Positions 9,232 to 15,874 of a stretch of 15,874 bases of DNA are shown here, piece by piece (position 1 is the first letter of the stretch; the number at the start of each line of letters is the position of its first letter). The position numbers and the translations under genes were made by a program. Under the pieces are notes generated by a model. The model was given only the letters and a program-made list of their open reading frames with translations. It was not told the DNA's origin and did no database searches. Origin of the DNA: an uncultured Deferribacteres bacterium (GTDB taxonomy: Bacteria; Zhuqueibacterota; Zhuqueibacteria; Zhuqueibacterales; Geothermadaptataceae); contig CAXHAT010000180.1 in assembly GCA_964014485.1 (NCBI GenBank), forward strand, positions 1 through 15,874, read 5' to 3'.

Positions 9232-9452
9232 ACGAAGATTTGCAAGACATTGAAGTTCTACTGCGCGAATCCCGGCCGCCGGATCGGGAATTTACTCAGC
9301 GCGAACGACTCAAGGCATGGTCGAATTTAGTGGCGCAGCAACGCCGCCGCCGTCGTGAGTGGAAACTGCTCGGTTTGCCCGCATGGGGTTGGGCTTGGCT
9401 GTCCGTCACCTTTATCATTCTTTGTATTCTGGTGATGTATTTTCTCAACTGA
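9228..9452 (+). CDS. Small single-TM protein, putative anti-sigma factor (74 aa)
   Basis: ATGA overlap with the sigma stop codon. Charged N-terminus, Arg-rich patch and C-terminal hydrophobic helix. Confidence 0.7.
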   Translation: MNEDLQDIEVLLRESRPPDREFTQRERLKAWSNLVAQQRRRRREWKLLGLPAWGWAWLSVTFIILCILVMYFLN

Positions 9453-9511
9453 TTCAAAGGCAGCGTTCATTGAAGTGTAAATCCGATGAGTTGCGTTTGG
9501 AGACGTCAAGT

Positions 9512-9556
9512 AAACAAAAAGCCCCTGTACTATAAAAGTGCAGGGGCTTTTTGTTT
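9512..9556. terminator. Bidirectional intrinsic terminator
   Basis: AAACAAAAAGCCCCTGTAC-TATAAAA-GTGCAGGGGCTTTTTGTTT, lying between the convergent ECF and vapBC operons. Confidence 0.9.
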
Positions 9557-9578
9557 TGGACGATTAAGTCGCGGCAAG

Positions 9579-9992
9579 TTAACGAATGAAAAATATTTGG
9601 AAACGCCCGGTCTCTGCAATAGGATCAAATTCATGGTGGTCGGAAGTGATCAACTCAGCTTGTAATCGATTCGTCAACGCCAGAGCGAAGCAATCGGCGA
9701 GTGATATTTTTCTGATTTCCGCTTTGTATCGTCCGGCCGTCATCCAAAATTCCGAATCCATATCATCTCTTTTAGTCACGCCGCTTTCGATTAAATCCTG
9801 AATCGCGGTTTTGGCGTTTTTCGCATTATCTGTTTTGAGAAAATCGTAATAGACTTCGCACAGATTTACCGCATGTGCAAAACATTCCACGCTTTGATCT
9901 TTCAAGAGCGTTTTGACTACTTCCGCTCCGTCCTCTGCTCTAAGATAAGCGAGCATCGCACAAGCGTCCAGAACTTTACGAGAAGTTTTCAC
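9579..9992 (-). CDS. vapC: PIN-domain toxin, VapC family (137 aa)
   Basis: VLDACAMLAYLRAE, NLCEVYY, ISLADCFALA and LITSDHHEF carry the conserved PIN acidic residues. The GTG start overlaps the upstream TGA. Confidence 0.92.
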   Translation of the reverse strand: MKTSRKVLDACAMLAYLRAEDGAEVVKTLLKDQSVECFAHAVNLCEVYYDFLKTDNAKNAKTAIQDLIESGVTKRDDMDSEFWMTAGRYKAEIRKISLADCFALALTNRLQAELITSDHHEFDPIAETGRFQIFFIR

Positions 9993-10240
9993 CCTTCCCT
10001 CGCGATTTCTTCCTGCTTTCGCAAAGCAAATTCTTCGCTGCTTGTTTGTACATGAGCGTATTTCCCGCAGATGGCTTCAATTTTTGCAGCTTTTTCCGAA
10101 GAAGTCGAGCTGCTTGATTGCATCTTGAGCCGCAAATGCCCGGAAATCTCGGTGATTAAACGCAGTTGTTCTTCTACGGACAAAGCGTCAAGCAATTGGA
10201 TGGCTTGTTGATATTCTTGTGACGCCGCAAATGAATTCAT
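9989..10240 (-). CDS. Putative antitoxin cognate to VapC (83 aa)
   Basis: Small helical ORF translationally coupled to the PIN gene. GGAGG RBS; C-terminus GKYAHVQTSSEEFALRKQEEI. Confidence 0.8.
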   Translation of the reverse strand: MNSFAASQEYQQAIQLLDALSVEEQLRLITEISGHLRLKMQSSSSTSSEKAAKIEAICGKYAHVQTSSEEFALRKQEEIAREG

Positions 10241-10275
10241 TTAAACCTCCGCTTCTAAATTGATGTGCTGAATTG

Positions 10276-10304
10276 AAAATAATCATGTATTCGAGGAGAG
10301 TCAA
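10276..10304 (-). promoter_or_regulatory. Sigma-70-type promoter of the TA operon
   Basis: Minus strand TTGACT (10304-10299), 17-nt spacer, TATTTT (10281-10276). Confidence 0.55.
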
Positions 10305-10441
10305 GAGTTGAAGCCGTTTTGGAAGCTCAATCTCTGAGGCTGGCGCAATTTCCAAAGCGTCGTTATATACGATTTGTATTTCTTCCGCTCATTCTTTATC
10401 CAAATCCAACGTTTATCTCAATTTAACGCTTGGAGGAAAAG

Positions 10442-13400
10442 ATGGCTCGCCTTTCAAATTTCATCAAGTCTTTGTTTTTTCGATTTTTGCTTATCACAGT
10501 CGTTCTGTTGTCTATCGGAACTGAAGCGCTGGCGCGGCAGGAGAAGAACGTTTTCGATCCGTCTCTGTTCAGCGCGATGAAGTGGCGCAACATTGGGCCG
10601 TATCGCGGCGGTCGCTCGACGGCGGTGCATGGCGTACCGACGCAGCAATTTGTTTACTACATGGGCGCGACCGGCGGCGGCTTGTGGAAAACGACCGACG
10701 GCGGCACGTCCTGGAACAATGTTTCCGACGGCTTCTTCAAAACCGGCACCGTCGGCGCGATTGCCGTCGCGCCGTCCGATCCGAACGTGATTTACGTCGG
10801 CATGGGTGAGGCGCAGGTGCGCGGCGTGACGACCTCGCACGGTGACGGCGTTTATAAATCTCTCGACGCAGGCAAAACCTGGACGCACATTGGTCTGGAA
10901 AAATCCTGGCAAATTTCCACCGTGCGCGTGCATCCGCAAAATCCTGATCTGGTCTACGTCGCGGTGCAAGGCAATTACTGGGCGCCGAACCCGGAGCGCG
11001 GCGTCTATCGTTCAAAAGACGGCGGCGATACGTGGGAACAAATTCTTCATATCAATGAAAAGGCGGGCGCGAGCGATCTTTCGATGGACGCCAACAACCC
11101 GCGCATTTTGTACGCCGGGTTTTGGGAGCACCAGCGCCTGCCGTGGAAAGTGAACAGCGGCGGCGAGGGCAGCGGCGTTCACAAATCCGTCGACGGCGGC
11201 GATACGTGGAAAAAACTGGAAGGCGGTCTGCCGGATTTCATGGGCAAAGTCGGCGTTTCGGTTTCTCCGGCCAATTCCGAGCGCGTGTGGGCGATTGTCG
11301 AAGCCGAAGAAGGGGGGCTTTTTCGCTCGGACAACGGCGGGAAGAAATGGGAGCGCGTCAACAAGCAGCGCGTGCTGCGGGCGCGTTCGTGGTACTACAC
11401 CAAAGTTTTTGCTGATCCGGTCGATGAAGAAACGGTTTACGTGCTGAACGCGCCGGTGATGAAATCGGTGGACGGCGGCAAAACCTTCACCCAAATTCAG
11501 GTGCCGCACGGCGACAACCACGATCTCTGGATCAATCCCAACAACAACAAATGGATAATCAACGCCAACGACGGCGGCGGCAACGTGAGCTTTAACGGCG
11601 GCAAATCCTGGTCGACGCAAACCAACCAGCCGACGGCGCAGTTTTACCGCGTTATCACCGACAATCAATTTCCCTACAAAGTTTACGGCGGCCAGCAGGA
11701 CAATTCGTCCGCGGCGGTGCTCAGCCGCACCAGCGACGGCGGCATCGGGCGCGAAGACTGGCATCCCGCCGGGGGCTGCGAGAGCGCGTTTCCAGCCTTC
11801 GATCCCGACAATCCCGTGCTGGTCTACGCCGGGTGCTACCAGGGCATCATTTCCGAGTACAACCACGCCACGCGCTCGACGCGCAGCATCATGGCGCATC
11901 CCTATCTCGGCCTCGGCACGGACGCCAAGGACAACAAATATCGCTTCAACTGGAACGCGCCGATCTTTGCTTCGCCGCACGATCCTTCGGTGATTTATCA
12001 CGCAGGCAACGTGCTGCTGAAAACCGAAGATCGCGGGCAAAGCTGGACGGAAGTCAGCCCGGATTTGACGCGCAACGAAGTCTCGAAACAGGGCAAGGGC
12101 GGCGGGCCGATCACCAACGAAGCGGCCGGGGCGGAGACCTACAACACGATCATGTACGCCGCGGAATCGCCGCACGAGCAAGGCGTGATTTGGGTGGGCA
12201 CGGACGATGGGCTGGTGCATCTCACGCGCGACGGCGGGGAAAATTGGGCGAACGTCACACCGAACGCGGTGGGCGAAGCGCTGATCAATAATATCGAAGT
12301 TTCGCCGCACGATGCGGCGACGGCTTACATAGTTGTTGCGGGCTACAAATTGAATGATTTCTCGCCGCACATTTACAAGACCGCCAACTACGGCAAAAGC
12401 TGGACGAAAATCGTCTCCGGCATTCGCGAAGACACGTTCGTGCGCGCCGTGCGCGAAGACCCGAAGCGCAAGGGCTTGCTCTACGCCGGAACCGAGGCCG
12501 GGATGTTCGTCTCCTTTAACGACGGCAAGCAGTGGCAGGAATTTCAGCTCAACCTGCCGGTCACGCCGATCACCGATATCACCATCCGCCGCGACGATCT
12601 TGTTGCCTCAACGCAAGGGCGTGCGTTCTGGATTCTGGACGATTTCACGCCGCTGCATCAATTGACTGACGAGATTGCGAAAAAATCGGCGCACTTGTTC
12701 AAGCCGCGCAAGGCGTTCCGCATGCCTGGCGGCGACGGCAAGATTCCGGGGCAGGGGCAAAACCCGCCGAACGGCACGATCATTTACTACCATTTCACCG
12801 AAGCTCCTGACACGACGAACATCGAAGTTAAGCTCGAAATTCTGGACGACTCCGGCAATCTCGTACGCACGTTTTTGACGAAAAAAGAAGACGACGAGAC
12901 CGCACCGGAAGACAAGCTGTTGCCTGTGAAGAAGGGCATGAACCGCTTTGTTTGGGATTTTCGCACCGAAGGCTACGTGCGCGTGCCCAAGCTTTTCGTC
13001 TTTGGCAGTCCGTCGGGTTACCGTGTTGCGCCGGGGACTTACACCGCGCGTCTGACGGTCGATCACGAAGTCCAGTCGCAGGAATTTGAAGTGGCGCACG
13101 ATCCCAGACTCGACGCAACGGCTGCGGAATTTGCTGAATACTCGCGCCTGCAAGCCGAATTGCTTGCCAGTGTGAATGAAATTCACGCGGCCGTGAATAA
13201 AATGCGCTCGGTGAAAAAGCAAGTGGCGGCGTTTGCGGAACTCTCCGGCGACAGCGATGAAAACAAAAGCCTGAAAGCGCTGGGTGATTCATTGACTCAA
13301 GAACTAACGGAACTGGAAGAAGAAATCGTACAGCCCAAACAGGAGACCTTCCAGGATGTGATCAATTTTCCCAACAAACTGAACGCCAATTTTGTCTACT

Positions 13401-13588
13401 TGATGGGCTTGGTCGACGAAGCCGGTGCGCCGGTCACCCAAGGCGCCAAAAACCGCGCGCAGGAATTACAGAAAAAGTGGAGTGAAATCCGCGCGCGCAT
13501 TCAATCGACGCTGAAAGGTGAAGTCGATGCTTTTAACCAAGCGGTAAGAGAAAAGGCGGTTCCGGCGGTGGTTGTGCCGAAGGAATGA
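10442..13588 (+). CDS. Secreted BNR/Asp-box beta-propeller protein (VPS10/sortilin-like, GH74-like 'glycosyl hydrolase'; 1,048 aa)
   Basis: Signal peptide, [11 protein letters not shown] start, many S/T-x-D-x-G-x-T/S-W Asp-boxes, C-terminal Ig-like ([10 protein letters not shown]) and helical regions. GGAGG at 10432-10436 precedes ATG 10442. Confidence 0.92.
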   Translation: MARLSNFIKSLFFRFLLITVVLLSIGTEALARQEKNVFDPSLFSAMKWRNIGPYRGGRSTAVHGVPTQQFVYYMGATGGGLWKTTDGGTSWNNVSDGFFKTGTVGAIAVAPSDPNVIYVGMGEAQVRGVTTSHGDGVYKSLDAGKTWTHIGLEKSWQISTVRVHPQNPDLVYVAVQGNYWAPNPERGVYRSKDGGDTWEQILHINEKAGASDLSMDANNPRILYAGFWEHQRLPWKVNSGGEGSGVHKSVDGGDTWKKLEGGLPDFMGKVGVSVSPANSERVWAIVEAEEGGLFRSDNGGKKWERVNKQRVLRARSWYYTKVFADPVDEETVYVLNAPVMKSVDGGKTFTQIQVPHGDNHDLWINPNNNKWIINANDGGGNVSFNGGKSWSTQTNQPTAQFYRVITDNQFPYKVYGGQQDNSSAAVLSRTSDGGIGREDWHPAGGCESAFPAFDPDNPVLVYAGCYQGIISEYNHATRSTRSIMAHPYLGLGTDAKDNKYRFNWNAPIFASPHDPSVIYHAGNVLLKTEDRGQSWTEVSPDLTRNEVSKQGKGGGPITNEAAGAETYNTIMYAAESPHEQGVIWVGTDDGLVHLTRDGGENWANVTPNAVGEALINNIEVSPHDAATAYIVVAGYKLNDFSPHIYKTANYGKSWTKIVSGIREDTFVRAVREDPKRKGLLYAGTEAGMFVSFNDGKQWQEFQLNLPVTPITDITIRRDDLVASTQGRAFWILDDFTPLHQLTDEIAKKSAHLFKPRKAFRMPGGDGKIPGQGQNPPNGTIIYYHFTEAPDTTNIEVKLEILDDSGNLVRTFLTKKEDDETAPEDKLLPVKKGMNRFVWDFRTEGYVRVPKLFVFGSPSGYRVAPGTYTARLTVDHEVQSQEFEVAHDPRLDATAAEFAEYSRLQAELLASVNEIHAAVNKMRSVKKQVAAFAELSGDSDENKSLKALGDSLTQELTELEEEIVQPKQETFQDVINFPNKLNANFVYLMGLVDEAGAPVTQGAKNRAQELQKKWSEIRARIQSTLKGEVDAFNQAVREKAVPAVVVPKE

Positions 13589-13604
13589 TGAAGCGGCAGG
13601 TCGG

Positions 13605-13795
13605 ATTACGGTGCAAATGAGATTGTCTTGGGAAAAACTACGACTTGATTTACCCACCCCTAACCCCTCCCAAGATGGGAATTTGGCGACCGCGAAGCGG
13701 TCGAAGAAATCCCCTCCAGGGAGGGGACAAAGGGGTGGGTTTTGAGCGTAGAAGCAATCTCGATCCATTCGGTTTTGCATAGACTTATGGGTAAG
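13605..13795. repeat. 'Empty' 191-bp unit: left end A + cloverleaf core (13641-13748) + right end B
   Basis: A matches 13884-13919, B matches 14572-14619, and the core matches the two cores flanking DUF559. Confidence 0.9.
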
Positions 13796-13919
13796 AGTTA
13801 ATCGAGGGCCGGAACCAAGATGTGGGTGAGATGATATTTCAAATTCGCTGAGTATTTGCATTAATGCAAAAAAGCTTCCAGAAATTACGGTGCAAATGAG
13901 ATTGTCTCGAGCAAAACTT

Positions 13920-14025
13920 CGACTTGGTTTACCCACCCCTAACCCCTCCTCGGAGGGGAATTGCGTGACCGCGAAGCGGTCGGAGAAATCCCCTCCCAGG
14001 AGGGGCAAGGGGTGGGTTTTGAGCG
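13920..14025. repeat. Cloverleaf/REP-doublet core, copy 2
   Basis: The ACCCACCCCT/AGGGGTGGGT stem encloses CCCCTCC-TC-GGAGGGG, GACCGC-GAA-GCGGTC and CCCCTCC-CA-GGAGGGG. Confidence 0.92.
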
Positions 14026-14072
14026 ATTCTCAAAATCACTGAATCGTCTAATTTGGAAAACAATGCCATAAA

Positions 14073-14438
14073 ATGAACCCCAAAATCATTCCTTACAATC
14101 CGAAACTCAAGGAACGCGCTCGTGAACTTCGCAAAAACAGCACGCTTGCTGAGGTATTGCTTTGGAACCATCTCAAGCGAAAACAAATGCGCGGTTATGA
14201 CTTTGACCGCCAAAAGCCAATCGATAATTACATTGTTGATTTCTACTGCAAGAAATTAATGCTGGCCATTGAGATCGATGGTATGAGCCATGCCGAAAAG
14301 AAAGATTACGATGTAAAACGCCAGGGTAGATTAGAATCGCTTGGCGTTCGGTTTCTGCGCTTTTATGATTGGGGCGTCAAGAATAACATGCCGGGCGTTT
14401 TGCAGAGGATTGAGTCGTGGATTTTGGAGAATGAGTAG
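14073..14438 (+). CDS. DUF559 endonuclease-domain protein (Vsr-like, restriction-endonuclease fold; 121 aa)
   Basis: Family-typical motifs ARELRKNST.AE.LLW, F.RQ.PI..YIVDFYC, LAIEIDG.SH, YD..RQ..LE.LG.RFLRF. Confidence 0.93.
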   Translation: MNPKIIPYNPKLKERARELRKNSTLAEVLLWNHLKRKQMRGYDFDRQKPIDNYIVDFYCKKLMLAIEIDGMSHAEKKDYDVKRQGRLESLGVRFLRFYDWGVKNNMPGVLQRIESWILENE

Positions 14439-14465
14439 AGAATGAGAATGCTGAGTGGGAAACGC

Positions 14466-14571
14466 CGACTTGGTTTAACCCACCCCTGGCCCCTCCCAGG
14501 AGGGGATTCCCGGCGACCGCTTTGCCGTCGCGTAACTCCCCTCCAGGGAGGGCAAGGGGTGGGTTTTGAGC
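14466..14571. repeat. Cloverleaf/REP-doublet core, copy 3
   Basis: ACCCACCCCT (14478-14487) / AGGGGTGGGT (14555-14564) enclose CCCCTCC-CA-GGAGGGG, an imperfect GCGAC..GTCGC hairpin and CCCTCC-AG-GGAGGG. Confidence 0.92.
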
Positions 14572-14655
14572 ATAGAAGCAATCTCGATCCATTCGGTTTT
14601 GCACAGACTCATAGATAAGGATCAGCTTTGAAGGAAGAACTTTGGACGCTTCGGT

Positions 14656-14904
14656 TTAGGCTTTCGTGGAGAATGATTTCGGCTGCCATTGGTTTATAAA
14701 ATTCCTGGCTTCTTGTACGCCTTGGATTTCCGCATCAGTCCAAACTGAAGTAGATAAGAGTTTTTTCTTCCAATCTTCTTGTCCGTTTGCTAGCTGATCC
14801 TGGACAGACGATTGCTCTTGCTTTAGCAACTGCAACAATGCTTTTTTCTTGTTGAAAGGCAAGGCGTCGATTTGCTGCACAATTTGTTGTGTCAGAGCAT
14901 CCAT
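14656..14904 (-). CDS. Small hypothetical protein, antitoxin-like (82 aa)
   Basis: AGGA upstream of the ATG. N-terminal pattern (QQIVQQIDALP...LLQLL) resembles the antitoxin at 9989-10240 (QQAIQLLDALS...LRLI). TA-rich context. Confidence 0.6.
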   Translation of the reverse strand: MDALTQQIVQQIDALPFNKKKALLQLLKQEQSSVQDQLANGQEDWKKKLLSTSVWTDAEIQGVQEARNFINQWQPKSFSTKA

Positions 14905-14959
14905 AGTGAAGTTTTCCTGAAAAGCGGGCGACCTGCGTGTTCGTTACCCATGAAACAGA

Positions 14960-15202
14960 TCAAGCAGTTTTTGAAGCAGCGGACTTTTTAGCATTCTTTT
15001 TGCTTTTCAGATAAGCTGATCCCCGATATTTATCGAGAACACGATTGGCTTCGTGGTCAAAAAATTCATCTTCGCAAACTTCGCATTTTTGGCGGGACAC
15101 CTGAGGAATTGTCACTAGCCCGCCGGGAGTTTGGAATTTCATTTCTCCAGAGATTTTTTTGATACGGTCTGAGTGACACATTGGGCATACGGTAAGTAAC
15201 AT
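14960..15202 (-). CDS. YgiT-type zinc-finger protein (MqsA N-terminal-like, no HTH; 80 aa)
   Basis: CPMC...VTIPQV...CEVCEDEFFD: two CxxC motifs with family-typical spacing, directly downstream of a toxin-like gene. Confidence 0.85.
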   Translation of the reverse strand: MLLTVCPMCHSDRIKKISGEMKFQTPGGLVTIPQVSRQKCEVCEDEFFDHEANRVLDKYRGSAYLKSKKNAKKSAASKTA

Positions 15203-15211
15203 GGTCTTTTC

Positions 15212-15527
15212 TCAAAAAGTTGAGCGTTTTGATGAAATCAAGACATAAAGCGTCTCGACGCCGGCGGCGCTCTTGTGAATTTTGCCTTTCGTGTAGATCA
15301 ACAACCCGTCATAAGTAAAGCTTTCGATCACGTACAGCTTTTCTCGCTTTCCCGTTCCGGGATTTTTGGAGCGCAGGGCTTTATTGACGCCGTTTGCATT
15401 TAAAAATGGATTCAAGCACGTCGCCTTCCGTCAATCCATCGGCAAACATCTCGGTTTCGGCTTTGAGGGTAAAACTATACTGCTTGTTGATAATGAGACG
15501 CTTGATCCTTTTTAGAATAGTTTGCAT
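15212..15527 (-). pseudogene. Frameshifted DUF4258-like putative toxin (104 aa if repaired)
   Basis: ATG 15527 gives MQTILKRIKRLIINKQYSFTLKAETEMFADGLTEGDVLESI. This joins LNANGVNKALRS...LIYTKG...YVLISSKRSTF if one T is removed from the T5 run (A5 at 15402-15406). The span is 316 nt (3n+1). Confidence 0.75.
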
Positions 15528-15626
15528 AACAACAAGAAAATACAACCGGCAATTGGCTAAAATCAAGCTCAATAAATGCTGATAGCAGGGATTTTTTTGA
15601 TCTGGACATAAAATTGGAACCTGATT

Positions 15627-15827
15627 ATGGATAGGGATGAATTTAGAAGAAAAATTCGGCGAGAATTGGAAAAGCTCGACAGGGAGCAGGTCGTGCAATT
15701 TGCCTGGCGCTGCGGCGTGCGCGCGCTGCCGTTTCTGGGCTATCGCGGCAATTTTGATTTCTGGAAGGAGAAGGACAGGCAAAAGCACCTTTACGCTGTT
15801 TTCTATGCGTTAGACGCGGCTTTCGGC
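15627..15827 (+). CDS. Hypothetical protein, N-terminal fragment truncated by the contig end/adapter
   Basis: MDRDEFRRKIRRELEKLDREQVVQFAWRCGVRALPFLGYRGNFDFWKEKDRQKHLYAVFYALDAAFG is open up to the adapter. Not in the ORF track because it has no stop. Confidence 0.75.
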
Positions 15828-15874
15828 CTGTCTCTTATACACATCTCCGAGCCCACGAGACTCCATTGCATCTC
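15828..15874 (+). other. Illumina Nextera adapter read-through (artefact)
   Basis: CTGTCTCTTATACACATCT-CCGAGCCCACGAGAC, 8-nt index position TCCATTGC, then ATCTC (start of the P7 side). Confidence 0.99.

Larger units (their letters stand above)
13884..14619. mobile_element. Putative 736-bp 'filled' element: A + core + DUF559 gene + core + B
   Basis: Same ends as the 191-bp unit, with the core duplicated directly around the gene. Sub-terminal inverted motifs GTGCAAA/TTTGCAC and GAGATTG/CAATCTC. Mobility is inferred, not shown. Confidence 0.5.

Noticed and set aside
10454..13292. Minus-strand ORFs of 452, 204, 171 and 154 aa
   Set aside because: Antisense shadows of the GC-rich Asp-box gene.
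14427..14450. GAGAATG x3 at the DUF559 stop codon
   Set aside because: Short low-complexity microrepeat with no matching copy at the other junction.
13466..14604. Minus-strand ORFs sharing MQNRMDRDCFYAQNPPL (13466-14008, 14377-14604) and others across the repeats
   Set aside because: The peptide similarity is simply translation of the DNA repeat, and indels between copies break the frames.
13605..14619. CRISPR array or integron attC interpretation
   Set aside because: Units are too long and irregularly spaced for CRISPR and no cas genes are present. I could not identify attC RYYYAAC/GTTRRRY ends, and there is no integrase in the window.
15381..15788. 135-aa minus-strand ORF as a single gene
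   Set aside because: Only the part from ATG 15527 is credible; the rest is antisense to the + strand ORF at 15627.
15828..15846. Tn5/IS50 mosaic end as a real transposon end
   Set aside because: It is followed by Nextera primer, index and P7 sequence, so it is a library artefact.

Overview
Bacterial contig end, probably metagenomic: the last 47 nt are an untrimmed Illumina Nextera adapter. Left to right: (1) a >1,100-aa secreted SdrD-B-repeat surface protein on the minus strand, absent from the ORF track because it runs off the left edge; (2) a 1.4-kb mostly non-coding region with degenerate repeats, hairpins and palindromes; (3) DUF2277, a TetA-like MFS transporter and a lipoprotein M1 aminopeptidase; (4) an ECF sigma factor with a small single-TM partner, a VapC/PIN toxin-antitoxin pair and a 1,048-aa Asp-box (VPS10/GH74-like) propeller protein; (5) an accessory hotspot at about 13.6-15.5 kb. 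The most striking structure lies in the hotspot. A DUF559 (Vsr-like) endonuclease gene sits between two copies of a ~106-bp cloverleaf/REP-doublet repeat inside a 736-bp unit. Just upstream is a 191-bp 'empty' copy with the same left and right ends and one core. This looks like an autonomous/non-autonomous pair of a putative DUF559-associated mobile element. Next to it are an orphan antitoxin-like gene and a frameshifted DUF4258-like toxin with a YgiT-type zinc-finger partner.
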